64,000 nt of DNA. Origin: Tubiluchus corallicola. Lineage: Eukaryota; Animalia; Priapulida. The notes beneath the pieces are model-generated. The model was not told the origin of the DNA and ran no database searches. It saw nothing but the letters and a program-made list of their open reading frames with translations. This document shows, in pieces, positions 1 to 12,151 of this stretch. The DNA is taken from the NCBI GenBank assembly GCA_030141605.1, contig JAQGDQ010000131.1, positions 434,001-498,000 on the forward strand, in the 5' to 3' direction. Made by a program: the position numbers and the translations under genes. The first letter of the stretch is position 1; every line of letters starts with the position of its first letter.

Positions 1-460
1 AATAAAAAGGTGTTATACAACAAAAGCTGGCAAAAAGGACAAGTCACCAAAAATTGGGGGTCACATTGTCAATCTACAAGTGGACAGATGACTAGCACTT
101 CAATAGAGGAAGATCATGGCAATAAACGGACATCCATTGTCTTCCATCATGGTTGTTATTTAAGACACTGAACATGTTGCGGCTTTGTGTACTTGGGTAA
201 CAAGAGAGCTAGTGATGACAATGCAGATGCTGATTTTTGTGTAAGACTAGTCAGAGCAACAGCAATCTACCAAAAACTAGGGCTTATCTTGTCAAAGGCA
301 AGCATCACGAGACAAGAGTGAAACTCGAGCAATGCTGCTAGGCTAAAAATGGGTTTGCCAGGCCCAGTGCAACCCATGCAATGACATAATGACATCAGAT
401 GGCACTACAATGTTATGTGAAAAAATAAAAAGTGAATTAGTTCTTATGGCAGACACTCAC

Positions 461-860
461 TATACCATTTGGTGTTTATCTAAAAATTGAGCAGTACATT
501 ATATGGCATCATAATAAATTTATTTTTGTCTCCTGTTGAAACTTCATCACAAAGGATTATCGAATCGCTAACAGCTTCCAAAGCTTTGCGATTTGATGCA
601 GGGAATGTTGCAGATCCATGGGAAAAGAGGAAAGCTCGCTTTGAAACCTACCTAATTGCAAATGGTATCAGTGAAAAGTCAAAAGCTCAGAAATGTGACG
701 TATTGTTCCATGTGATAGGTGATACAGCACAGAAATTTACAAAATGTTTGCGTTCGAAGAAAAATAAACTACTTGGGTGTGTTACTACAAAAATATGATA
801 TTTATTCTGAACCAATTAAAAATGAGACTGTAGAGTGGTATAAAATTTTAAGGAGTTAAC
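461..860 (+). mobile_element. Gypsy-type LTR retrotransposon remnant (possible LTR end/PBS plus degenerate gag N-terminus)
   Basis: ...TATACCA followed by TTTGGTG (LTR-end CA then PBS-like TGG) at ~461-474. Translation LRFDAGNVADPWEKRKARFETYLIANGISEKSKAQKCDVLFHVIGDTAQK, then after a frameshift YDIYSEPIKNETVEWYK, resembles animal Gypsy (K02A2.6-like) Gag. It is cut off at ~852 by the next element. Confidence 0.7.
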
Positions 861-3800
861 GATTCTCCACACAATCTAAATTTAGTTTTCAGGTTGACAG
901 TTTGTAAATAGAAGAGGCAACTAAGAATGAGAGGGAGAGGGTGAGAGAAAGAGAAGGGAGAGAGTGATTTTTAGACAAAAAGAAGAGAGAAAGGACCAGC
1001 AGAAAAGGAGCTTGTTGGTACACAGGTTGATAGGCTGACAGCCTGCAATAAAGAAGGCAGCTGAGAAAAACTGGGAGGTGAGAGAAAAAGGAGAAGGGAG
1101 AGACTGATAGACAAAAAGAAGAGAAATGGTGAGTAGAAAATAATTTTGGTAGACAGATCAACAGGTTGACAGTTTGCAAATTGAGAAGGCAACTGAAAAG
1201 GAGAAGGAAAGCATGAGAGAAAGAGGAGAAAGGAAAGAGTAACTGTCAGACAAAAAGTAGAGACAAAGGGTGAACAGAAAAAGAGCTTGGTAGACAAGTT
1301 GACAGGTTCACTGTTTGCAAATAGAAAAGGCAAATGAGATGGAGAGGATGAGAGAAAGAGGGGAAGAGAGAGCCTGATGGACAAAAAGGTGAACAGAAAA
1401 ATACCTTAGCAGACAGGTCGAAAGAGAAGGCAACTGAGGAGAGGCACTGGGTGAGAGAAAGAGAAGGGGGAGAGAGACTGACAGACAAAATGGAGAGAGA
1501 AATGGGTGAACAAAAAAGAGTTTGATTCACAGGTCGACAGGTGGATAGTTTGCAAACAGAGAAGGAACTGAGAGAAGATGTATTCTATGCATTTTTAATG
1601 TCATGCCATTCATACAATCTACTCATGCATCAATAATCGATTATATCTCAGACGGTAATAGATTTTTCGAAAAACAACTCTCTCTTGAGCATTCCTAAGG
1701 GTATGACGATCCCTATTGGGCATTGCTAGGTATGACATGCATTTCAAGATTTAGTACATAACCCTATGTACTACGCCCTTACATATGCACAAGCGTTCGG
1801 CTCCAATACATCAGATGCACATCGCATAGGATTCTAAATACAGCAATACTTCCAAACTTGAAAGCTTTTAATTTCTGATGGAATTTTCATGCTTATGTAA
1901 GATGTAGGTTTTGTGTTTGCATTTTTGTTTACTAATATGTGTTTTTCAAAGTTAAAATAACTGAACTCGCTTGACGTTTTCAAACTTATAAATCTGCTTA
2001 TTCTGTCAAAATTCCCTTGGAAAGACATTCTTGGTGAAGACTTGCACAGATGGCCAGAAATTTCTGAAAAACTGCAATATAAGCCTAGCAATGAGCAGTT
2101 TGATTTCATTGGTTGGCAGCGTTAGTGGAGCGAAGGTGTCCACACATAATGGTTCACACAGGTCAAGCTTGAACTCATATGTCATAGCCGTATGTAATCT
2201 TGCAGTTGCAATAAAAGTTGCAGGAAGAATAGATCTACCAATGTCCATTTTATGGTCTGCCAGAGAAGAGTTAACAAGAAGTTTCACCAAGTGGAAAAGA
2301 GTATTCGGGAGGGTTATTTGTTTGAAAATTCCAACTGAACTTTATAAGTACTGATGTGTTCGATCTGCTTCTGGAGCCAAAACTTGTAAGCTTTAACTCC
2401 AACATTTTTTGAATGTTTGTTTTGTTAAAATGCAATAGGTATGCTATCCAATAAAGTATTTTGATTTTTCATGCATTCAAAACCTAATATTAGTCACATT
2501 TTAATAATTATTTCAGTTGAAACACGAGATTAAATTATGATCTGTGGCACAGTTAATTTTGAAGAAAAATGTCACAAACTTTGTGAAATGGTTTGTATGG
2601 AAAATGACAAACTAATAGGAGGTCATGACATTGAAGTAGAAATCAACAAATGCAAAATAAGAAAATGAAAATATCACTGCAGACATGTGACAAATGGGTT
2701 TTTGGTGCCGGTGAAAAACAAGCACAGCAAAAAATTTCCTAGTAGCGCTGAAAATCGATCAAAAAAGATATTATAACCGTTGATTGAAAAATGGATTATG
2801 CCGGGTACAATATTATTTCTGGTAATAATTTCAATAACAAAATAAATTAAACTTTAAAATTTTAATTAATGAACTATTGCAATAGTAGTCTGGTTTTCTC
2901 ACAGGTCTCCATTTTTTACTGTCCATATGTAAATTTGTATAACGATGCTTTAGTTTTCTATCGTGTTTTAGCAGCTTCTGTTCTAATAATATAGGTTGCT
3001 GGAAATCATACTGCGTCATTGAAAAGCGGCAGTCAGGTTTTTTCATAAAACTGTCAATCATTCTGTGGAATTAGTAATGGTACATGTACTAATAGCATAG
3101 AGGACATGTGGCGACACCTCAAAACATCTCTGCCGCTGAGCATTCATCGGGGATATTATGACAGCTACTTCACTGAATTTTTGTGGCACAAAATGCGCAG
3201 GAGCGAACTGACAAAATGCAAAATGACAAAAGCAGAAGTCCGCTCCTGTGCATTTTGTGCTTCACAGGTGATCTTGCAGAATGTGTAAAAATTTCTTGAT
3301 TTCAACAATTTTTTTAACTAACAAGCAAATGACTGTACAAAAAATGAAGTGATAAATGCAAGAAAAAGAATGAATGAATGAATGTATGTATTAATGATTC
3401 CCCAACTGAATAATCGACTGATTGTTTGATGTATTTATTGACTAAGTGACCAATTGACTGACTGACCGACTCCTTTTTTTAAATGTTTGTTTTGACACGA
3501 TTAACTCCATTTTCAGAGTTAAGCTTTAACATTGTTTTGCAACTGTCAAACTGTGATTTATAACTTTGCAATATTTTGTCTTTATTATAGTCAACTTCCC
3601 CTCTTCCTCTCCTTCTCCTTCCCATTTGACACCTCTATTTCCAAACTGACAAGCTAGTGACCTGTCTACCAAGCACTTTTCTGTTCACTCTTTCTCTCTT
3701 CTTTTTGTCTATGAGTCTCTCTCTCCCTTTCCCCCTTTCTCTCACCATCTCCCTCTTCTTCTCAGTTGCTTTCTAAATTTGCAAACTGGCAACCTGCCGA

Positions 3801-4067
3801 CCTATCTACCAAACTCTTTTTGTTCACCATTTCTCTATTCCTTTTGTCAAAAATCACTCTCTCTTCATGCTTTCTTTCTGTCACTCCCTCCCTCTCTCCT
3901 CAGTTGCAAACTGTCTGTTTCTGTTTCCTCTTTCTCTCATTTCTTTTCCATCACACTCTTCTCTTACTTCTTTTTCTCTCAATCTCTCCCTTTCTTTCTC
4001 AATTCCTTCTCTATCTGAAAGTGGTTTGGAAAAACAAATTTCTTGTGTATGGAGAATTGTACACTTT
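852..4067 (+). mobile_element. Degenerate Merlin (IS1595/ISXO2-like) DNA transposon with long modular inverted arms
   Basis: The purine-rich arm (~852-1580) and pyrimidine-rich arm (~3540-4067) are reverse complements built of ~110-140 bp subrepeats (CAGGTTGACAGTTTGCAAA...). Internal broken frames IGGHDIEVEINKCKIRK*KYH..WVFG..FLVA.ENRSKKIL*PLIEKWIMPGT (2600-2820) and TNSIEDMWRHLKTSLP...YDSYFTEFLWHK (3085-3190) resemble Merlin DDE transposase motifs. Confidence 0.75.
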
Positions 4068-4799
4068 AGCATAAAATTTAATGTTAGAATGTAGCAGCAA
4101 GGTGACTCATTTGATTCATTTTTAATAGCTGTCAAGATCATATGAGTACCAGAATGACCTTCAGCATTGGCTTCTAAAAGCTAATAGCACATGTGGAAAC
4201 CTGAAATACCTTCACGCCATCTCGTGTGAACAAGCCAAGAAAACATACAGACATTAATTAACACAAAGTTGGTCTTAAACAACTTTTGATGAGTATCAAG
4301 TTACCGGCTTAACTAAGAAAGCTAATATTAGTTTTCTTAATGACTCATTTGACTGTATGAAAATACAAATGAAAACCAAGTTTTGACTGATGGCTTGGTT
4401 TTCATTTTGTCAGAGAAACTACCCACAATTTTGATTTTAATAGAGCAAAAATGTGATATCTAGCTAGAAACATCACAAAAAGGCATATAGTTGAATCTGC
4501 CTTAATTGTAAAAAATTATAACTTAACTGCAAATTAAAATCAGGGTTTTGCTCCACAGAACGTTTTGTTATCTAAATATATCGCTCCTTTAATTAGTCAT
4601 TAGTGTTTATTTACATGTTTTGTTTTTCCCCTTTATGATTATTGTTTCCATAAATACTCATAGTTTTGTCATAATGTTTTTCTTTTGTTACGAATATTAA
4701 ATCATTTTTTTATATATCACTTGAAATGCTTCAATGAAAATTTTGGGTATAGCTTTATAAAACGAAAACTGGTGTGTGCGGAGCATGCAAGGAGCTGAA

Positions 4800-5200
4800 A
4801 GTGAAGATGCATATGTGGCAAAGAATACAATGCAACAAGGGGCGTGAATGAAGTAATTACTTGTCTTGGTGATTTTTTGACATCGAACATTTCAGCTTCC
4901 GTGAAAAAACAGAACTTGTTTAGTGATGGTTGTCATGGCCAAAACAAGAACCTGACAATGATAAGGTTCTTGCAGTCACTGGTACTGCCAGGTCACTTTT
5001 AAGAAGTGACACATCAAGTATCTTTACGAGGTAATTTGTATTTACCGGTAATACACCCGAGATATTTCGGAGTCACTGAAAAAATTCAAAGGCATGTTGA
5101 AAGAGCAGAAATAGCAAAATGCCGGGAAGACACGATGGGAAAAAGTTCAAAGTTAAGGCATGCAAGGATCTCTCTTCAAAGACTTTAAAGGACATTTAGA
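4800..5200 (+). mobile_element. Sola-like DDE transposase pseudogene fragment
   Basis: Frame reads ATRGVNEVITCLGDFL...LFSDGCHGQNKNLTMIRFLQSLV..GHF*EVTHQVSLRGNLYLP...FGVTEK, matching the SDxCxGQNKN and RGHxxLPxDxxFGxxEK pattern of Sola-type transposases. It carries stops and frameshifts. Confidence 0.7.
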
Positions 5201-5598
5201 AAGGTTTTGTAAGACTGCAATTCAAAATTAGCAAAAATTCAAGGTTTGTGAGTACCACTTGTTTGTCTTCAAGAAAGTTCAGACAAAAGCTGTCAGTTTC
5301 TTGTCAGATGTCAAGAGCATTGTAAAAAAGTCTTTTGTTTTGCTGCGGGCAAACATTGGTGATTATCTTCCATGTAAAAAAATTTTGGTTGCCTGTATTG
5401 GGAAAACAAAATTCAATGAATGTTAAACGGTTAATCTTTAAAATTTAATGTTTCTATAAAAACAAGTTTTACAGCATGATAGAGACATAAACTACTACGC
5501 AAAAAACTTAACATATTAATAAAAGTTCAAAATCAAACAACTTACCAAAGCTAATAAGATGTTACCTACAACTGCAGTATCATGTGTGTCAGGACAAG

Positions 5599-8500
5599 TT
5601 AACTGCTACCTGGCATCAAGTAAAGTTTCTTGGTGAGCGATGATACCTGACATGGCATTTGCTTAACACCTTGCTGTACAAGTTCCGATCCCGCTGTCTG
5701 CTCGCATGATACCTGACGGTTCACTATAGTTAGCATGTCCATGACGTGCTCGCTTTGGTAACATTGTTGAAAGGTTTGTGTCAGATGATGTATGAACCAC
5801 GAGCCTTTCTCCTCCCTTCTCCACGAACGGTAACCTAAAATATATTTATTTCATTTCTAGTGCATGCATGTTTGCTATGTCAGTCTAAACAAGTATGAGA
5901 AAGCTGAAGTCCTAGCAGCTACGCACTATACATGCTCTATATAGATACTGAATGATAAATAAATGAGTGATACCTCAGCACCAGAAAAAATTTAGAAATG
6001 TGTATGCAATCTGGTGATTACTTGATTGCAGTAATTAATTTCTAAAATTTCTTGATTAATTGTTGTCGTTGCAGCAAAATGTACCTGTTAGTGAAGGCGG
6101 TAGCAGAACAACAGATAACTCACATGCTGCCAGGTTTTAAAATCCAATCTTTTTGTGTGTCAAACAAATGTAATGATCTGATCTAGTTGTGGCTGCATTG
6201 TTTAAATAAAAGTAAACAGATATGCCGTTTCTGACTGTATTAGTTTTTAAAAGGCGCTGTACTAATCTTGCACTTTGATTTTAAACTGCACTGAATACCT
6301 AGTATTGATTTTTGCTGGTTGTACTGCATTTGTTAATAGGCTTAACCTGTTTGAGCCTGTTTCCTAGGTTGCTTATCAAAATGGTGCAAAAAACATCAAA
6401 TGTACCTTCAGTTGTAGCATAAGCAATCAATTCATCAGCATCCACCGGTGTAGTCATAGGAACAGGCGCATCTTCCTCCCTGTCATCACTTTGTAGCATC
6501 ACACCTTGTTGATCTAGCTCTCCCCTGCAGGCTTGTACCAGGAAAACTTTTGGCTTTCCTACAGAAATGACAAACAGTGACATAATTGCCATAAGAGCTC
6601 GCTGGGTGTACTATGCACCCAATTTTTTTAACTGGTGTACAAATTAAAACACAACTGGAAGTCCTTGCTCACAGGATTATAACATTAATATACAAAACAA
6701 AATACCAAAAAGTAAACCTACATCCCACTGTAGTGTATCTATAGCAAGAATATAGATATACAAGTGCAAATGCTTACCAGCCATTTGTGGAAGTCTATCA
6801 CCTTTGAAATATGAGGCTATATCATTTAGTGGAACATATGTTCCATTAATTGTCTTGATGCCATCCTTTAAAAAAGAAATGATCAATAGTGCAGTACATA
6901 TTATACTGAAGACTTCAGCATCAGATGACTACTTATGACTACTTGACTTTATGACCAGACTAAAACTTCATTAATTAATTATAAGAAACTAATTATAGCT
7001 CATATTTCCTTCTATTTTTTCAAGCAAATTAATTTTAAATTTTAATGAATTGCTGTTTCGATAAATTCAACTGTAAGCAATGCCTTAATAGTGTGCACAC
7101 ACACACACATAACATCTTACATGTAGGGGAAAAATCACTCGAGCATATGGGTGTTGCTTGCTTCGAAATCGTCTTACGGCCAATCAGCCATTGTAGTCGT
7201 AATCGACTACTACCTATACTGTATATTCCTAAAAAAATTATATCTAAACATAGTACAAAATCTGCGGTATAAGATCTTGCTGGGCGCGAATCTAAATCGT
7301 GAGAATTTCAAAATCCCAATGATGAAAACACAGCAAGTGCCGTAGAAAATGCGGAAATGTTTCAAATATACCAAGCGGCCATTAATCCAAAAAATCTACA
7401 AATGAACAAAACCAGATAACACTTGCGCAAAAATACGAGATTTTAGGCAGATGTTTGTATGTTAGTATTTTTGTGTTGGTGATTTACTAATGCCATGTAG
7501 TACAGTAAATTCATTTTTTATGGTTATTGTTGAAAGTGATTGATCATCATTTGCAAATAATTAACCTTCTAAAATTATAATTTTTGACCATGTGTTTTTT
7601 TACATTTTTACAGTCAATCGACGGCAAATTTGCAATAATAGGGTCGTAGAGAATTTTCTTATTTTCTTTAAGTAATGCTTGTAGATTTAGTCTGTTTATG
7701 TTATTTACTTGTAGATTGTTTGGGGGGATTGATAGTGACCATTTATCGTGATTTGCAAATTTTGTGAATAGATGCCAACAGGCACTATGTTTATTACAGC
7801 GTTAGTGATTTTGTTTATATTAGTTATTGGACATGTATTACCTTGTTTCCGTGACTTAAAATAGCACAGAAGAACTGTGAGTAAGTCTTTATTTCACTTC
7901 CTCTTTGTATGCCCCTCTTTAGAAGCTGCTGTGCAGATGAAAGAGATGTTTGCAACTGCTCAAAGATTAGGTCCCGTTTTATATCAACATCAAAACGCAG
8001 TGTACCTTGGAAAAACTTGAGCAGGTTTCGTTCATCAATTTCTGTCCCTATAAAACAGCCAATGCTGTTAAGGCTTTACAATACTTTATAACAAAAATCA
8101 ATACAATGTGTGAAATAACTAGTAGTTTTGTTCAAGTTTTCAATCTTGAAGCAAATGAAATGAAAACTATAACAAACAAAAGCTAGCCCCTGCGGCCCAT
8201 GAGTGCTGGCAATTATGGGTTAGCAAATTAAAATTAAAAAATTTTACCTCACATGACAAACTATAGTTAAGCACTAAGATTATCATTTAATATTGTCACT
8301 AGCCTTTAGCTGACTAGTAAATTGGGCATAAAACACATTATAATATTACAGTCTCAGGCCGCAATTCCACTGTGTGCGTAGTGGAAATGCGGCCTCAGTC
8401 ACCTCAACAACTCAAAATATCAAATACACATTGCGAATATTATTGAACAGTAATAAATAATGTATAATCAAGAATTCAAATACATTTTTTTTCAATTTTT

Positions 8501-11439
8501 TTTGAAAAAACTTGCAAAATTAAAATGAACATGTCTAGAAATAGTCTCAAGAGGGCTGCAAAAATGCACCTATTATTAGTAAGGTCACCAAGATGCTTGG
8601 AATACTAACAAGGTACTCATTAGAATGTCATAATATCTAAATTAAATGTGACAGTTTATATTTGGTTACTGAATAGCTAAAACTAAACACGTGACACAGA
8701 ATCTTTTCAGTAGAAAACTACTGCTAAATACCTGTTCTGGTTGCAGTGAAATTATTTATTAATAATAAGTATCCCTTTCCAGTTGAATAGCACTCATCAT
8801 CAGCAGCAAAAGGTCTGCCTACTGCTACTGGCCTAATGTCCTACAGAAAAGTAAAATTGTTAGCAAACATATTTAAAACCAACCAAAAAAAAATTATACT
8901 TAGGACTACAGTTGTCTCAATATATATATATATATATGTCTACTAATGCGAAAAGATAGATAACACACAGATGTATTTAACAATATTGTTTCAGAAAATA
9001 ACACAAACTGCCTTTTACGTCATCAAGTTACATGGAGATAGAAAGACATCCTTTCAAAACTACTGATAAAGGATGCACATACTTTTGTATAACACTTCTT
9101 TTGATCAGATAAGAACTTTTTGCTTACCTGGCTTGGTGCATGCTGAACTGTTACTAATGATGAAGTGCTTTTTGTTTCTGAAAAGGCAAGCAAGATTTAA
9201 TAAATAAATCCAACTTACAAAGATCTATCTTTACATTTCATCAATGCTAAGTGACCACTCACATATCAATAGTTTAAAATTAACAGCATCAACTATTCTG
9301 CCTCTGCTAGTTTTCTGGCTCATATCAGTGGTTTATCCTTGACAATGAACTACAAAAGAGACAAAGAAATTGACTGCTGAAAAGTATGTGCTAACAGGAC
9401 AACAGTGTTAATTAAACGTTTAGGGAGCTTTGAAATATTTTAAATATCTTAACATATCTCAAACAGTAATAGATTGCAACTATTGTACTTCACATATTAA
9501 TAACTCTAACAGCTTATAACGAAGACCAGTTAAAATAATGGCTAAGTTTTTGAAAGAAATGACAAGATGAAAAAGTGTGAAACATCAGGATTTAAACCCA
9601 AAAGCTAGTACATACAAGCTGAACACAATGCGAATCCTGGTTCAACACCTCAGAAATGTTACAGATCATTACACTATCAGGGAACTCCACTTATAGTTAC
9701 AAAACATCAAATGGCAGTAATTAATTAATTTTTTCTTGTTACTTATCTTATTACTGTAAATAAGCAGCATTTTTAACAAAGCATTAATTAAAATTTTGGG
9801 CAATGGTATGTCGCACACAGGCTTTCAAGGCAAAGCTATATAACTAATATAACTGCTAATATATAACTGATATAAATTCTGTTTTTTCCAAGCCCCATTT
9901 ATCTTATGTTAATACAAATTTAGCCACGATATATGTTTGTAAAAAACAAAACTGTTGACTTTATTATTAGCAAGGCAGTCAAACTGGTTTACTTTACTGT
10001 CATTACTATAAATATCATTAACAATGTAATCAGTTCAAAAGTAACAGGTTCAGAGACTAAATTTTCTTGGCAAACTGTGGCATGTCTCATAATGAAGGCC
10101 TTCTTTAAACTATATTCAAATACTTTACAATGCTGCATCCCCTTTCTAATTTCAATAATTTTTAATAACTAAATACTTCACACATGAAATTTTCACATAC
10201 AAAAAGTATGCATGTGAGAAAGTTTTTTTTTAAATATACCTGGGAGCCATGGTTTGTTCTGACCAGCAGTAAGTGACAGAGCTCTCATTTTCTCCTCAAT
10301 GTCCAGAACATAGTCATTAAATGCAGGACTATCCATGTCATCAGCAAATATTTGCTTGAGGTCATCATATTTATTAATACCAATTATACCTTTTGTTTCC
10401 ATTGCATTAAGAATCTAAGAAAAGAAAATAAGACAATGAGAAATGATTTCAAAAATTTGGAGACAAACTGCTGTAGAGTAGATCCTCGTTTAATGACTTT
10501 TCATTTACAATGATTTGCTTCAGCGGTTAACAAGCTTTTGCCACCTCTGTTAACGACAGACGTTTTATTTTAATGATAATTTCTAAATTTCCTATATAGA
10601 AGTTTCGTTTTAACGATCACTTCTAAATTTGCTACATAGAATACATTACCCCATGCAGAAAAACTTATCTGGGTCTATCAGATCTATAACTATGAAAGAC
10701 TGCTACTAAAAGCATTGGTATTTTTATCTGTGACCTATTTTCAAAAATAAGTTGTTTTAAGCAAATTTTGAGCAGTTAAATGATTAACTTTGAGAGACTA
10801 GCACGGCCTTGGCTGAAACCTCTAATAGCCAGCAGTAGTATCTTAGCTAAATGCGTATGCATGCAAAACATCCTTCTCGAGTGAGGCAACTTGTCGAAAA
10901 CAGTATAGTAGACGAAACTACCCATAAACTGTTTTTCCAGTAGTCACTTAACCACTTACTAGACTTGTCATTTCTTTAACTTAATAAGCACACAAAGTAA
11001 GCACTCAGCTAAATCACATACCCTGAAACACAAAACCTAGGAGACTATAAAACATCCTGTAGAAAATGTGGAAGTTATGGCCACAATAGTGATGCCCTGT
11101 GATCTCTAAATCTAGAAACAAGTTCACCAATTGCCACATCAAACATGCTTGTTCATTTGCGTTTATCACACTCTGACCCAACATTTGTACCAACTTGCTA
11201 CACTAGTCACAAAAAACTTGTCTGTGACAAACTATCTGATGTAAACCATTTCAGACAAAATTTGCCTGCAAAAGGCAATCTATGTCATGGGTAACCTCAG
11301 GAGATATTTCCTAGATAACACGCGGCAAAATGATTGCTTTTTCGGTCTGATATGGTTTTGTCTGATACAAATTGTTTTGCCCAGCCCAAACATGGGAGCA
11401 TGAAGAAAATACATATACAGATATTAGATGAAAATTAAA

Positions 11440-11475
<36 letters not shown>

Positions 11476-11730
11476 ATGCTAAAAACCAATCAATAGTAAG
11501 ACATCCTAGTTGTTAAAACAAAATGCAACACAACTGCACGCAGAAACAGTTATGTTACTGTGAGTCATGTACCAGTTGAATACCTCTGTAAGGTTCCTCA
11601 TCCGTGATACTTCTCCTCTTCGTAACCCACGAGCAAGTGCATGGTTTTTAAATGCAGCCACATCTTCATCTGTCAGCTCTTTTTGCAAAATGTCAAACAG
11701 ACGATGGTGTAGCTCTTTTTGGGTTGCCAT
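5599..11730 (-). CDS. Initiator-type caspase with a single death effector domain (caspase-8/10-like), 8 coding exons, ~387 aa
   Basis: GT-AG exons 11730-11584, 10414-10240, 9177-9128, 8840-8732, 8047-7842, 6865-6778, 6558-6406 and 5834-5599 join in frame (1164 nt). The N-terminus HHRLFDILQKELTDEDVAAFK...LTE/ILNAMETKGIIGINKYDDLKQIF is DED-like. The caspase domain has YLLLINNF..RTGTEIDE, CAILSHG (catalytic His), GKPKVFLVQACRG (catalytic Cys), YRSWR..GSWFI and KQMP..SSLTKKLYL. Confidence 0.93.
8357..8394. mobile_element. Minimal 38-bp PIF/Harbinger-like TIR-only element
   Basis: GGCCGCAATTCCACT-8 nt-AGTGGAAATGCGGCC (14/15 inverted match), flanked on both sides by TCA (3-bp TNA-type TSD). Confidence 0.6.
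11446..11470. repeat. (AT)n microsatellite
   Basis: Direct reading of the TATATA run in the first coding-region intron of the caspase. Confidence 0.9.
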
Positions 11731-11786
11731 CTTTTACTTTTCTAACAACTGCAAAATTTAAATGACAGGTAAAACACATACACTAG

Positions 11787-12151
11787 TATCTCGGTTTGCC
11801 AACCAAAAGCGGGGGGACGTCGGTCCGAATTTACCAATACTAACTAATACGCTAGGCGCTGTTTTTTAGACCACGGTAATGTAGAATCAATCGTCTAATT
11901 GTCTCAAAAATGTCTAGTACGGGACGCTCTTATGAAAAGTATATAAAAACTGTCGGCAATTGACTCAAATGACTCCGCATAATTTACTATACAGTGTACA
12001 CGTGGTTGCACTAATCTAATGATGTAAACAAAGTGACGGCCTGCCAACTATTGGTCAGCTTGCGAAACAACGGACTGTGTCCATAGTATGCGGGATTTTT
12101 TAACCGTCCAGTTCCCGATTCCGTAAAAGCGAGGTTAGGGAAACCGAGATA
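11787..12151. mobile_element. MITE-like dispersed repeat immediately 5' of the caspase start codon
   Basis: Imperfect terminal inverted repeats TATCTCGGTTTGCCAACC / GGTTAGGGAAACCGAGATA. The internal segment AAGTATATAAAAACTGTCGGCAATT...CTCCGCATAATT recurs at ~62060-62112. Confidence 0.55.

Noticed and set aside
889-1530. Ser/Leu/Phe-rich ORFs (and their mirrors at 3766-4141)
   Set aside because: Artefacts of the purine/pyrimidine-skewed transposon arms.
9560-9660. tRNA-like sequences (also 41690-41750, 48770-48830, 50270-50330)
   Set aside because: No intact cloverleaf or anticodon arm; at best decayed SINE heads, not tRNA genes.
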